Below the pieces are notes generated by a model, which was not told where the DNA came from, did no database searches, and was given only the letters and a program-made list of their open reading frames with translations. A DNA stretch of 64,000 nt, from contig CAYFXC010000001.1 in NCBI GenBank assembly GCA_964347045.1, forward strand, positions 121,243 to 185,242. Direction: 5' to 3'. The DNA is from an uncultured archaeon (GTDB taxonomy: Archaea > Asgardarchaeota > Hermodarchaeia > Hermodarchaeales > Hermodarchaeaceae). The translations under genes and the position numbers were made by a program. Positions 48,135-57,810 of this stretch are shown here, piece after piece. Within the stretch, counting starts at the first letter, position 1, and each line of letters opens with the position of its first letter.

Positions 48135-48650
48135 CTAACTAATACACGACCATGCTATTTGTCGGAAAGCATCTGTGACACCTTGCCCCTCCTTAGCACT
48201 GGTTTCGAAATATCCCCATCCAAGCTGCTGAGCATAAGCCATACCCTCCTCGGTTGTGGCTTGCCGTTGATCCACCAAATCCACTTTGTTTGCTAATAAA
48301 ACAGTGGGCACAGTACCAGTTACCTGCGAGACCTCTGAAAACCATTCAGGAATAGCTTCAAACGTTCGACGGCGCGTAACATCATAGACTAAAATTACAC
48401 CAGCGGCACCACGATAAAAGACAGGACGTACTGAACTGAAATGCGGTTGTCCAGCCAGGTCCCATAACTGTAACCGTACTAATGTATCACCGAAATTCAA
48501 CTCTTTCACTGCGAACGAAGTACCCACAGTCATGATGTAGGATTCTCGAAAGTGCCCTTCGGTGTAGCGTATAATGAGACTTGTCTTCCCAACTGCACCA
48601 TCACCGACGACACAGACTTTGAGTACGTATTGGCGTTGTTGCATACTCAT
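48135..48650 (-). CDS. Ras-superfamily small GTPase (Rab/Ras-like)
   Basis: G1 'GDGAVGKTSL', G3 'WDLAGQ', G4 'NKVDL', G5 'ETSAK'; 171 aa. Confidence 0.85.
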   Translation of the reverse strand: MSMQQRQYVLKVCVVGDGAVGKTSLIIRYTEGHFRESYIMTVGTSFAVKELNFGDTLVRLQLWDLAGQPHFSSVRPVFYRGAAGVILVYDVTRRRTFEAIPEWFSEVSQVTGTVPTVLLANKVDLVDQRQATTEEGMAYAQQLGWGYFETSAKEGQGVTDAFRQIAWSCIS

Positions 48651-48800
48651 GTAGCTTGCTCCTTATGAGGGCTCGGTTTGTCTGACTTTCGTTTGTGAAC
48701 ATATATTGGTTTCGTTTACCATGGGCTTTTAGGCTTAGGTAATTAATTTCGCCCAATGATTTTTATCCTGCTGAAGGTTGTTAGGGCAGGCTAGGAACTT
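48651..48800. promoter_or_regulatory. Divergent intergenic region (small GTPase / ileS), AT-rich with a TATA-like 'ATTTTTATCC' about 45 nt upstream of ileS
   Basis: 150-nt spacer between divergent starts. Confidence 0.3.
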
Positions 48801-51791
48801 ATGGAGTGTATACTTACAATGCCTGTTTCAGAGCTTCCCAAAAAATTTGATCTTCCCTCCTTAGAAGAGGAGGTGCTAAAATTCTGGCAAAAACATCGCG
48901 TGTATGAGCAAGTAACTGAACTGCTTCTTAATCGTCCTATCTTCAAGTTTTTGGATGGTCCTCCCTACACTACTGGCGCGATTCATTTGGGTACTGCATG
49001 GAACAAAATTATGAAGGACTTGGTCCTACGGTATCGTCGGATGCAGGGGTTTCGCGTAATCGATACTCCTGGGTTTGATATGCACGGATTACCAATTGAG
49101 GTTCATGTTGAAAAAGAACTCGGCATAAAATCAAAGCTGGAAATTGAAACGAAAATTGGCGTTGATAAATTTATTTCACGGTGCCAAGAGTTTGCTCTTT
49201 CTAATTTGGGAATTATGACAGAACAATTCCAAAGGTTAGGTGTCTGGATGGACTGGAATCGTCCTTATCGAACGATTGATAACCCATATATTGAAGGTAC
49301 ATGGTATTTGATGAAACGAGCCCATGAACGGGGATTCTTGTATCGTGGATTGCGTTCGATTGATTGTTGTGTTCGCTGCGAAACAGCTCTAGCGAAACGT
49401 GAACACGAGTACCGGACAATTGTAGATTATTCGATTTGGGTCAAGTTTCCGGTTATTGATCGACCAAACGAGTTCATTGTTATTTGGACTACAACACCTT
49501 GGACATTACCTGCTAATATGGCCGTAATGGTGAATCCAGAGTTTGATTATGTTCGCGTTCGTGTTGAAAACGAAGTATGGATTTTGGCGAAAGGATTAGC
49601 AAATATCATTTTACAAGGGCTATTAAACAAGCCTTATGAAGTCATAGAAGTGGTCAATGGATCGAAACTTCTTGGTCTCCGATATGAACATCCTTTGGTA
49701 GAAGAAGTCCCTCGCCAAGCTGAACTCCACAAAGATTCAAAGAAAGTTCATTCCGTGGTTTTAAGTGATGAATATGTTACTTTAGAACAGGGTACAGGTC
49801 TTGTTCATATGGCACCAGGACATGGTCCCCAAGATTTCGAAGTAGGTGAAAGGGAAGGAATACCAATTTTTTGTCCGGTAACATTTTCTGGAACTTTTTC
49901 TGAAGATGGTGGAAAATACGCCGGGATGAAAGTTCAAAAGGTAAGTGAAGTTGTTCTTGAGGATCTACGTAGGAAGGATTTGTTAGTTCATCAAGATACT
50001 ATTGAGCACGAATATGCTCATTGTTGGCGATGTAATAGCCCGTTAGTCTTTCTTGCTACTGATCAATGGTTCCTACGCGTTAGTGATCTTAGGAATGATA
50101 TTATCAAAAAGAACGAGGATGTTCGGTGGGTTCCGGATTGGGCTGGTCATACATGGTTTAGAAATTGGGTACAAAATCTTCGTGACTGGTGTATCTCACG
50201 TCAGCGTTACTGGGGTGCCCCTCTTCCCATATGGACCTGTGATAAATGTGATGAAATAGAAGTGATTGGGAGCATTGAAGAATTAAATGAAAAAACTGGC
50301 AAGGTTTTCGAGAACCTTCATAGGCCATGGGTTGATGAAGCGAATTGGACTTGCATGAAATGTGGAGGTAAAATGTCGAGAGTTCGCGATGTTCTTGATG
50401 TTTGGTTAGACAGTGGTGTTGCTCCTTGGGCAACACGATGGGCGACTTTTGGCACTAAAGATTTTGATAATTGGGAAACGGCTGAATTTGTTATTGAAGG
50501 CAAAGATCAAATCAGCAATTGGTTCAACACCCTCTTCAATTCGACCATGTTAGTTGCAGACCGAGAACCGTACAAAAATGTGTATATGCATGGATTTACG
50601 AGTGACGAACAAGGTCGGCCTATGTCCAAATCTAAGGGCGTTGGAGTTCTTCCAGAGGAGATAGTGGAAAAAGTTGGAGCAGAGACTCTTCGGATTTATA
50701 GTATCAAAAGCACTGGTCCTGGCGAGGATATGCATTTTCTCTGGAAAGATGTTGAAGATACTCGGCGTGTTCTTTTGATTTTATGGAATGTATACGTTTT
50801 TGCATCAACATTCATGAAAGCAGCGAATTTTGATCCAAAATTACACAAAATGGAGCCCAAAAATCTTCAGTATGAGGATCGCTGGATTCTTTCTCAGTTA
50901 ACCTCGCTCATTAAACAAGTCACCGAACGACTAGATAAATATGAATTACCATACGTGCCTCGTTTAATGGAAGACTTTGTTGTAAAAGATCTTAGTCGGT
51001 GGTATATCAAACTCATTCGGCCTCGAACTTGGGTTAGTTCTCAGGATGAAACAAAGATTCAAGCATTTACAACACTTTATAATGTGTTACGCACTCTTTT
51101 GGCAGTCTTAGCTCCAGTTTTACCTTTCCTAACTGAAAAAATGTATCAGGCTCTCATTCGTTCGGTCGAACCTGATGCTCCGATTAGTGTTCATATGCTT
51201 CCTTGGCCTTCTGTGGATGAGCATCTTATAGATTCTGAATTAAGCCAAGAAATGGAGTGGGTATCTGAAATCGTTGAGTCAGTACAATATGTTCGGCAGG
51301 AAGCAGGTATTAAACTTCGATGGCCCTGTCAAAGATTGATTATTGTTCCATTGAAGAAGGAATTTCAACTAGATCACTTCAGCGACGTTGTCGCTAGCCA
51401 AGCAAATGTAAAAACCGTTGAGATTCTTAAAAAAATCAAGGGTGAATCTTTACTAGAAAAGGAGCTGGCCTTTGCTACGATTTATCTCGATATTTCAGAG
51501 ACTCCTGAACTTCGTGCGGAACGCCTTGCACGAGATTTGATTCGTCAAATTCAATCTACACGGAAAAAAGAGGGTTTACATGTTACACAGCGTATCAAAC
51601 TTCATGTGGCAACTAAATCACCGGAACTACGATCGGCAATAGAAAATACTTCTGAGTCTATATCCGCAAAAGTGGGGGCTTCGGTGTTAAATATCTATGA
51701 AAATTTACCAATTATGAAGGGCGCTGCCAAGGGCAAGGTAAAATTCGCTGATGGTGAAATCCAATTTGCATTTCTTGTGCAAGATGAATAG
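48801..51791 (+). CDS. ileS: Isoleucyl-tRNA synthetase
   Basis: 'LDGPPYTTGAIHLGTAWNK', 'WCISRQRYWGAPLP', 'PMSKSKG' (KMSKS), Zn-binding 'CWRC...C..C'; 996 aa. Confidence 0.9.
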   Translation: MECILTMPVSELPKKFDLPSLEEEVLKFWQKHRVYEQVTELLLNRPIFKFLDGPPYTTGAIHLGTAWNKIMKDLVLRYRRMQGFRVIDTPGFDMHGLPIEVHVEKELGIKSKLEIETKIGVDKFISRCQEFALSNLGIMTEQFQRLGVWMDWNRPYRTIDNPYIEGTWYLMKRAHERGFLYRGLRSIDCCVRCETALAKREHEYRTIVDYSIWVKFPVIDRPNEFIVIWTTTPWTLPANMAVMVNPEFDYVRVRVENEVWILAKGLANIILQGLLNKPYEVIEVVNGSKLLGLRYEHPLVEEVPRQAELHKDSKKVHSVVLSDEYVTLEQGTGLVHMAPGHGPQDFEVGEREGIPIFCPVTFSGTFSEDGGKYAGMKVQKVSEVVLEDLRRKDLLVHQDTIEHEYAHCWRCNSPLVFLATDQWFLRVSDLRNDIIKKNEDVRWVPDWAGHTWFRNWVQNLRDWCISRQRYWGAPLPIWTCDKCDEIEVIGSIEELNEKTGKVFENLHRPWVDEANWTCMKCGGKMSRVRDVLDVWLDSGVAPWATRWATFGTKDFDNWETAEFVIEGKDQISNWFNTLFNSTMLVADREPYKNVYMHGFTSDEQGRPMSKSKGVGVLPEEIVEKVGAETLRIYSIKSTGPGEDMHFLWKDVEDTRRVLLILWNVYVFASTFMKAANFDPKLHKMEPKNLQYEDRWILSQLTSLIKQVTERLDKYELPYVPRLMEDFVVKDLSRWYIKLIRPRTWVSSQDETKIQAFTTLYNVLRTLLAVLAPVLPFLTEKMYQALIRSVEPDAPISVHMLPWPSVDEHLIDSELSQEMEWVSEIVESVQYVRQEAGIKLRWPCQRLIIVPLKKEFQLDHFSDVVASQANVKTVEILKKIKGESLLEKELAFATIYLDISETPELRAERLARDLIRQIQSTRKKEGLHVTQRIKLHVATKSPELRSAIENTSESISAKVGASVLNIYENLPIMKGAAKGKVKFADGEIQFAFLVQDE

Positions 51792-51837
51792 GTGTGCCAA
51801 CACATTTAAGCCACAATAAATATCACTCACTCGATAC

Positions 51838-51983
51838 GGGCACGTGGCTTAGCCTGATGGAGCGCCGAACTATCGTGCATTTAGCGCGAAGTGTGTATGC
51901 CTTATATGGTGTCGCTCTGAACATTCGTTTGCGAAGCCTAGGTTAGCCGGAGGTCGCGGGTTTGAATCCCGCCGTGCCCACCA
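51838..51983 (+). tRNA. tRNA with about 70 nt of intervening sequence (at least two inserts); isotype unresolved
   Basis: Acceptor GGGCACG/CGTGCCC, A73, CCA. D-arm GCTT-AGCCTGATG-GAGC. 5' anticodon stem CCGAA. 3' region TTCG[22 nt]G-AGGTC-GCGGG-TTTGAAT-CCCGC. D-loop A19 and T-loop U56 co-vary. The candidate loop CTGAACA would give GAA, but position 37 would be C, so this is not called. Confidence 0.55.
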
Positions 51984-51986
51984 TCT

Positions 51987-53525
51987 TCATTTAGTTCTTC
52001 CTTTCTTTTCAAATTTCTTAGTCATAGTTTCAAAATCTTCTCCAAAAGCCGTTTCTTTAGTTGTTCGTTTTCGGACCTGAATGAAAACTGGAAACCGAGT
52101 AGCCTGGCCAACTACTAATGCTTCTCCAACACTAAGGCTTGAAATAGACGTCAAAGTTGCTTTTGTGATTTTTTCTGATGTAGCTCTAATGTGATCTAAG
52201 TCATAGGGGTTAGTAATTCTAAGAAATATGTTAGATCCACATTGTGAGAGAACTGTGGTTGAGAGTCGAACTGGTCGTTGTGAAATAATACACAAAGAGA
52301 GGTTATATTTACGACCTTCTCGGGCAATAGTTTCAATTATTCCCTTTGAAAAAGCTAGGGCACGGCGTGCTTCAGGACAGAATTGATGAGATTCCTCGAG
52401 AAACACAATTGTAGGAGGTATTTCCTCATCTCGTCTCAAGTCGAATAAATGTCTAAGAACAGCATCGACAATGATTTGCTTCTTTTGAAGACTCACCGTT
52501 TCACTCATATCAAGTATAACTCCATGGCCAGATTTCATTAACTTCTTCCATTCTGGTGTCGAAGTCTTTCCGAAGAGATTGAGACTTTGGAGATTATCTA
52601 ACCATCCCAATAGTGCTTCACGCGTTCGAGTGTTTATCGAAGGATCCTTTTCTAGCGCTTCAATCAAATCTCCTAAATCATAGGGTCTTCCTTTTCGAAC
52701 ACTACGTAGTGTTCGAATAATACGTGTCAGTTCACGAACCTGGATTGTTCCCATATCTGGAGAATATATCGCAAAGGATTTTGCACTCATTCGTGGTGTT
52801 GCTATCTCAACTAGAGGGCTCCGAATTACTACGAGGCGTTTTTCAATGTTTTTTCCTTTGATTTCTTGAGTGTCTGCAAACCCTGTGTATTCACCATGAA
52901 CGTCAATTACAAGTAATGCTGGACGCCCTTGAGCCACTCTTCTTGATAAGAGTTCTTCGAGCATAACAGAAGCGGCATAACTTTTTCCAGCTCCACTCAT
53001 TGCCAAGAGTGCAACGTGCTTTTGATACATTTTTGTCAAATCAAAAGTCGCAGGAATATTATGAAATAGTAAATGACCAAGCTCAATTCCCTCTTCAGCA
53101 AATCCAAGAAAACGTGACAAAATTTTTGGGTCTGGTGAAGAAACAATAGCGCCTGGCGAGGGAGGATACGTAATTCGGTGAATCTGCCCATTATCAAAAA
53201 TCCCTAAAGGATTTGCTTCGGCTAACACGTATTCCCATCGGTCAATAGGAAAAATCGCTCCAAAGGGTCTTCCTGACCGTGTAAATTCATGTACGGCGTC
53301 AACTTGCGAAAAATAGCGGTTCGTCTTGAATACATGCTCAACATGAGCGATGACTAATCCTTCTTCAGTTTCAACAGAAACGTATTGTCCTACGTGAACG
53401 GGTATCTCATTCTTAGTGTTTTGTTCATCACGTTTTCCAATGACAAAGGAAATCTTTTCTGTTGACGGGCTATCTTCAGTGCATACAACAGTTCCAAGCG
53501 ATTCAGAGTTCATTTGAGTCTTCAC
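51987..53525 (-). CDS. herA: HerA-family ATPase (FtsK/HerA, DUF87)
   Basis: Walker A 'LAMSGAGKSYAAS'; 'LVIDVHGEY'; 512 aa; immediately downstream of nurA. Confidence 0.75.
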   Translation of the reverse strand: MKTQMNSESLGTVVCTEDSPSTEKISFVIGKRDEQNTKNEIPVHVGQYVSVETEEGLVIAHVEHVFKTNRYFSQVDAVHEFTRSGRPFGAIFPIDRWEYVLAEANPLGIFDNGQIHRITYPPSPGAIVSSPDPKILSRFLGFAEEGIELGHLLFHNIPATFDLTKMYQKHVALLAMSGAGKSYAASVMLEELLSRRVAQGRPALLVIDVHGEYTGFADTQEIKGKNIEKRLVVIRSPLVEIATPRMSAKSFAIYSPDMGTIQVRELTRIIRTLRSVRKGRPYDLGDLIEALEKDPSINTRTREALLGWLDNLQSLNLFGKTSTPEWKKLMKSGHGVILDMSETVSLQKKQIIVDAVLRHLFDLRRDEEIPPTIVFLEESHQFCPEARRALAFSKGIIETIAREGRKYNLSLCIISQRPVRLSTTVLSQCGSNIFLRITNPYDLDHIRATSEKITKATLTSISSLSVGEALVVGQATRFPVFIQVRKRTTKETAFGEDFETMTKKFEKKGRTK

Positions 53526-53533
53526 CTTTAATT

Positions 53534-54712
53534 TTAATGAAATGGCATCCTTTCACGGCGGAGTTTTAATACACTCTGGGGATATCCTAGCCGATTGGCT
53601 AATTGTGTAAAAAGAAAATCAAGATCATGTTCAATTAACCGGGCTTGAGAGTCAGCATCGATTAGCACAGTAGGAAGCGCAAAGCCCTCATTATTTGAAG
53701 ACATTGGAAATAACATCGCGCTAACTTTCTCAACAATTCGAATTGGGTCATAAGCTCCAGTGAGAATTTCAATTCGTAAAGGATAATCAAACTTGGCCGT
53801 TCGGAGATAAATACAAACAATATTTTTGCTAGTCTGTATGCTCTCGTCGCCGGATTCAAGTGAATCATCGATATTTAATTCGTTTAATCGGAGAATTGGC
53901 GAACGTTCTCCCACGTCTAGGATTCTGAAAAATAAATCTGTGTCGTAACTGGTTCGCAAAATCGATCGATAATCCATCTGTAACAACGGTTTCAACGCGG
54001 GATATTTATTTATCAAATGTGGAAGAATTTCACCTAGAATCTTAATGAACCGTTGACTTCGACTATCTTTCACAACACCAGCAAGAAGCGTCCCAGTTTC
54101 TTGAGCTTTTTTATAGAGCTCTTCATACAGCTTTGAAATCAGTTGAAACTTGGTTGAAAACATTGACTGACTTGGTGGGCGGTCACTTAAATGTGGACTC
54201 AGAGAGCCGTCTAGTAAAAGGAGCTCTACTGGATGGTGATCTTGGACACGGATTGCCAATTCAAGTTCTGACTTGAGTCGTTCAAGGGAAGCGCTTACGT
54301 CTGCTTCGCGCCAAGAGATGGGATTGAATTCTGCTTTTACGGTTGGGGGCGTTGTTTTTTCAGGGAAATAGATTGCTGCTACTCGGTTTGATGGAGTATA
54401 TTCAAAAATAGTGGCACAAGCTCGAGTAATTACTAGCTCGATACCTCGTAGGGTTTTTTTGAGTAATCCTCCATCAACTCCACCTACACGAAGTCCGGTT
54501 AAATCTATAGGCTTCACTGAATTGGCTAATTGATTATCAACAAGATAGTTTTGGGCTAGTGGTAGGTTCTGATGAAGATTTAGCTTGTTTCGTTCACTTC
54601 GAAGAATTGAAGCAAAGGTATTTCTTTTCTTTTCATAGGCTTGAATTTGCTCAGCGATTTTCTGAATTGCTTTATCTAGCGGCCAAAGCTCCTGAACTGA
54701 TTTCATATACAT
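53534..54712 (-). CDS. nurA: NurA 5'-3' nuclease
   Basis: 'GLRVGGVDGGLL' (NurA DGS-type motif) plus an RNase-H-like fold; paired with herA. Confidence 0.7.
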   Translation of the reverse strand: MYMKSVQELWPLDKAIQKIAEQIQAYEKKRNTFASILRSERNKLNLHQNLPLAQNYLVDNQLANSVKPIDLTGLRVGGVDGGLLKKTLRGIELVITRACATIFEYTPSNRVAAIYFPEKTTPPTVKAEFNPISWREADVSASLERLKSELELAIRVQDHHPVELLLLDGSLSPHLSDRPPSQSMFSTKFQLISKLYEELYKKAQETGTLLAGVVKDSRSQRFIKILGEILPHLINKYPALKPLLQMDYRSILRTSYDTDLFFRILDVGERSPILRLNELNIDDSLESGDESIQTSKNIVCIYLRTAKFDYPLRIEILTGAYDPIRIVEKVSAMLFPMSSNNEGFALPTVLIDADSQARLIEHDLDFLFTQLANRLGYPQSVLKLRRERMPFH

Positions 54713-54790
54713 TATCCCCGTCTAAATATTCTCATTTAGACTTATCAGAGTCTAAAATTAAATCATGGTAACACACTAAAAACACCACCA

Positions 54791-55357
54791 ATGTCTATTG
54801 TTGTTCCCTCTATCCAGAAAGCTAGAATTCTGCTTAATGAATCTGTATCAGATCTAAATATACGAAAACATTGTGAAGCCACTCGAGAAAAAGCGCTTCA
54901 AATCGCAATAATGGTTTCAGTAAAAAAACAAATCAACTTTCAATTAATAGAGGTCAGTGCATTGCTTCACGACATTGGACGAGCGCGCGTCCATGATGTA
55001 ACACATGGGTATGTTGGTGGGAAGATTTTACAGCACCATTTGTATCCTTGGAGCGTTGTTAGGATCGTGGAAAGACACGTTTTGGGTGGATTTTCAGATA
55101 TTGAAGCTGATATGGTTGGGCTTCCGAAACGTGATTTTGTACCTCAAACATGGGAAGAAAAGATTGTGTGTGTTGCCGATAAATTGGGAGTATTCGAATG
55201 GGCAGGAATTCGCCAACCACTAGGATGGTTAGCAGAGGTGAATGATCGCTTTGCTAGGCTTTCTAAAAGGTATGGGCTGGTTGAACCTTTCAAAGCTTCA
55301 ATGAAACGTGCAAGGCGCTTTACTGAGGAATTGGCAGCTCTTGCCATATTAGACTGA
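54791..55357 (+). CDS. HD-domain metal-dependent phosphohydrolase
   Basis: 'SALLHDIGRARVHD' HD motif; 188 aa. Confidence 0.75.
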   Translation: MSIVVPSIQKARILLNESVSDLNIRKHCEATREKALQIAIMVSVKKQINFQLIEVSALLHDIGRARVHDVTHGYVGGKILQHHLYPWSVVRIVERHVLGGFSDIEADMVGLPKRDFVPQTWEEKIVCVADKLGVFEWAGIRQPLGWLAEVNDRFARLSKRYGLVEPFKASMKRARRFTEELAALAILD

Positions 55358-55361
55358 AAAG

Positions 55362-56150
55362 TTAGGGAAAAAGAATCATTGACAACATTGGTGGATAAAT
55401 CAGCAACGCGCAAAGAAAAATTATCACAGCTGTAAGAAGTGGAACTGTAACATTGTCAAAACCTGCTGGACTAACTCCTTCAATTAAAGTTGCCGTTAAA
55501 GCACAAATCAGACCAAGAATGGCTATCTGCACTAAATTGAAAATTGGAAACCCACCTGTGGAATAAAAGTCTAAAACAACCCAACAAATCCATGCTCCTA
55601 CAAATGATGCAAAAAATACAGCTATGGACCCCTCAAGGCTTCTGGTTGATTTGCCAACCATATATTGATGCCTACCATATCTTGCTCCAATGATGGGGGC
55701 AATCCCATCACCTAGATACATTGCCGCGAGTGCCATCGCCGCCAAGACAAAGAATGGAGTTAGAATGGGGATTAGTGTGAAGGTCGAGACGAGGATTGTA
55801 ATTGAAATGGCGTAAAGAAATGGCCCCCAAATATGTCCTGAGAGATAGTCTTCCTCTCGTGCCATTACTTCAAACATAGTTTTGAGACTCTTTATAGGAC
55901 TTTTTGGTGAGGCAAGTAAAATAAGAATAACAAAGGAAAATGCCACAATTATTGCCGCCCAAGAATGTGTATAAAAAGGAACTGTAAACACTGAGAAACC
56001 AGCGAATAGATGAATAAATTTACGCGTCATGGCTGGTGGATAATTTCGCCAGCGGCGCAAGCCTTCTCCGATAACCAGAACTGCGATAACCCAAATGAAG
56101 GCAATTGCTAAAACTATTAAATCAATTGGGGTAGGAAACGGTTGTTGCAT
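55362..56150 (-). CDS. Polyprenol/dolichol kinase-like membrane protein (CTP-dependent kinase family)
   Basis: Multi-TM with 'YLGDGIAPIIGARYG', resembling the GDGxAxxxGxxxG box of DolK/phytol-kinase proteins. Alternative CDP-alcohol transferase assignments are not excluded. Confidence 0.45.
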   Translation of the reverse strand: MQQPFPTPIDLIVLAIAFIWVIAVLVIGEGLRRWRNYPPAMTRKFIHLFAGFSVFTVPFYTHSWAAIIVAFSFVILILLASPKSPIKSLKTMFEVMAREEDYLSGHIWGPFLYAISITILVSTFTLIPILTPFFVLAAMALAAMYLGDGIAPIIGARYGRHQYMVGKSTRSLEGSIAVFFASFVGAWICWVVLDFYSTGGFPIFNLVQIAILGLICALTATLIEGVSPAGFDNVTVPLLTAVIIFLCALLIYPPMLSMILFP

Positions 56151-56993
56151 GTAAAACCACCTGGTTTATCGCCTCGCGTCTTATACTTCCATCTATTTAT
56201 AGTCCGTGTGAGTCATCAAAGATGCTTTAAGGTGAGAGGTGTTTCTATGGTTATAATGGACCAAGATACACGTGAAGACTTACTCCGAAGTATTGCTGGC
56301 GAAATCACGCTAGCTGAGAATCCAGGAAAGGTAATGCGTAAATGGCGCGAACAGTTTAGCGTAGCTCAACGTGAATTGGCGCTTCATCTTGAGATTTCTC
56401 CTTCAGTGATTAGTGACTACGAAAGTGGACGAAGGAAATCACCTCGCGTCGAAACAATTCGAAAATTTGCTGAAAGCCTAGTAGCGATTGATGAAAGCCG
56501 GGGAGGTCAAATCGTCAAAGCTTTCATCCGGTTACTTGGACGGGATATCCCCTCTGATATTCTCTTAGATATTCGAGAATTTCCTGCCGCAATTCCTGCT
56601 AAACTCCTAATAGATCATCTTGAATGCAAAACCATAGTTCAGGACATCATTCAAGATCGTGAAATCTTTGGTTATACGACAATTGATAGTCTTCGTGCGA
56701 TTCTTCAACTTACACCGGAACAAATGATCAAACTTTATGGGGCTACCCCGCATCGTGCCGCGATTTTTACACGTGTTAGTACAGGGCGATCACCAATGGT
56801 TGCTATTCGAACATCGCAAATGGGATTAGGTTCTGCGGTTCGTCCTTCAGTTGTCATTCTTCATGGGCCCAAAAAGGTGGATTCTGTTGCTTGTAAAATT
56901 GCCGAAGTTGAAAAAATTCCGTTGTATTTATCCCTAATAAAAGAAGCCTATGATCTTATTCGAAGACTAAGAAACTTTAAGCCAGAGGTGTAA
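56142..56993 (+). CDS. XRE-type HTH domain transcriptional regulator (COG1395-like)
   Basis: 'FSVAQRELALHLEISPSVISDYESGRRKSP' plus a C-terminal domain. The likely start is the internal 'MVIMDQDT' at about 56248. Confidence 0.65.
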   Translation: MLHVKPPGLSPRVLYFHLFIVRVSHQRCFKVRGVSMVIMDQDTREDLLRSIAGEITLAENPGKVMRKWREQFSVAQRELALHLEISPSVISDYESGRRKSPRVETIRKFAESLVAIDESRGGQIVKAFIRLLGRDIPSDILLDIREFPAAIPAKLLIDHLECKTIVQDIIQDREIFGYTTIDSLRAILQLTPEQMIKLYGATPHRAAIFTRVSTGRSPMVAIRTSQMGLGSAVRPSVVILHGPKKVDSVACKIAEVEKIPLYLSLIKEAYDLIRRLRNFKPEV

Positions 56994-57000
56994 AACACAA

Positions 57001-57768
57001 TTGCACGCTCTCTATTTTGTTGGCACAGCTGGCTCTGGAAAATCAACCCTTACACATAATTTTGCGCGTTGGCTGGGAGATGCGAAACTAAGTGTAGGTA
57101 CAATAAATTTAGATCCTGGGGTTTTACAGCTACCTTATGGACCTGATATTGATGTTCGAGATTTCGTTTCTCTTCAAGGAATTATGGAAAAATACAATCT
57201 AGGTCCAAATGGCGGATTGATTGCATCAATAGACCTAATAAGTTCTCATCTTGAAACAATTCAAGAAGAAATTAAAGATCTTGGCGTTGATTTTCTCCTC
57301 TTTGATACTCCAGGGCAAATCGAGCTATTTGCATTCCGAGAGACAGGACCCATAATTGTTTCCAGCCTTGCTGAAGAGAGCCGAATGCTAATCTATTTAG
57401 TTGACGCAGCCTTGGGAAAAACTCCTGCAGGATTGATTTCTTCGCTCTTGCTTTCGGCATCAGTTTTAGTACGATTCAATTTACCACACCTTAACGTCCT
57501 CTCAAGGGCTGATCTACTCAATGAGCACGATATGGAACAATTGACCGACTGGCTTGATGACCCAACTCAGCTCATTTACTCCCTTCAAGAATCGCGTAAT
57601 GAATTACAAGCCGAATTATCCGGCGAATTGGTAAATGCTATTCACAAGATCTTTTCGGGTCTTGATGTAGTACCCGTGTCTGCATTGAATATGGAAAACC
57701 TAGACTTGTTATTCTCTCATGTTTCAAACACTTTAGTCGGGGGAGAAGGCTTTGAGACGTTTAGATAA
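57001..57768 (+). CDS. GPN-loop GTPase
   Basis: 'VGTAGSGKSTL' P-loop and the eponymous 'LGPNGG' motif. Confidence 0.9.
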   Translation: MHALYFVGTAGSGKSTLTHNFARWLGDAKLSVGTINLDPGVLQLPYGPDIDVRDFVSLQGIMEKYNLGPNGGLIASIDLISSHLETIQEEIKDLGVDFLLFDTPGQIELFAFRETGPIIVSSLAEESRMLIYLVDAALGKTPAGLISSLLLSASVLVRFNLPHLNVLSRADLLNEHDMEQLTDWLDDPTQLIYSLQESRNELQAELSGELVNAIHKIFSGLDVVPVSALNMENLDLLFSHVSNTLVGGEGFETFR

Positions 57769-57810
57769 CTTTGTTTTACTAAAAGATTTTAACTTGGCTA
57801 ATCTTGTTGT

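Noticed and set aside
51838-51983. Assigning tRNA-Phe(GAA) to the multi-intron tRNA
   Set aside because: The only clean 7-nt loop (CTGAACA) puts C at position 37, which is normally a purine. The isotype is left open.
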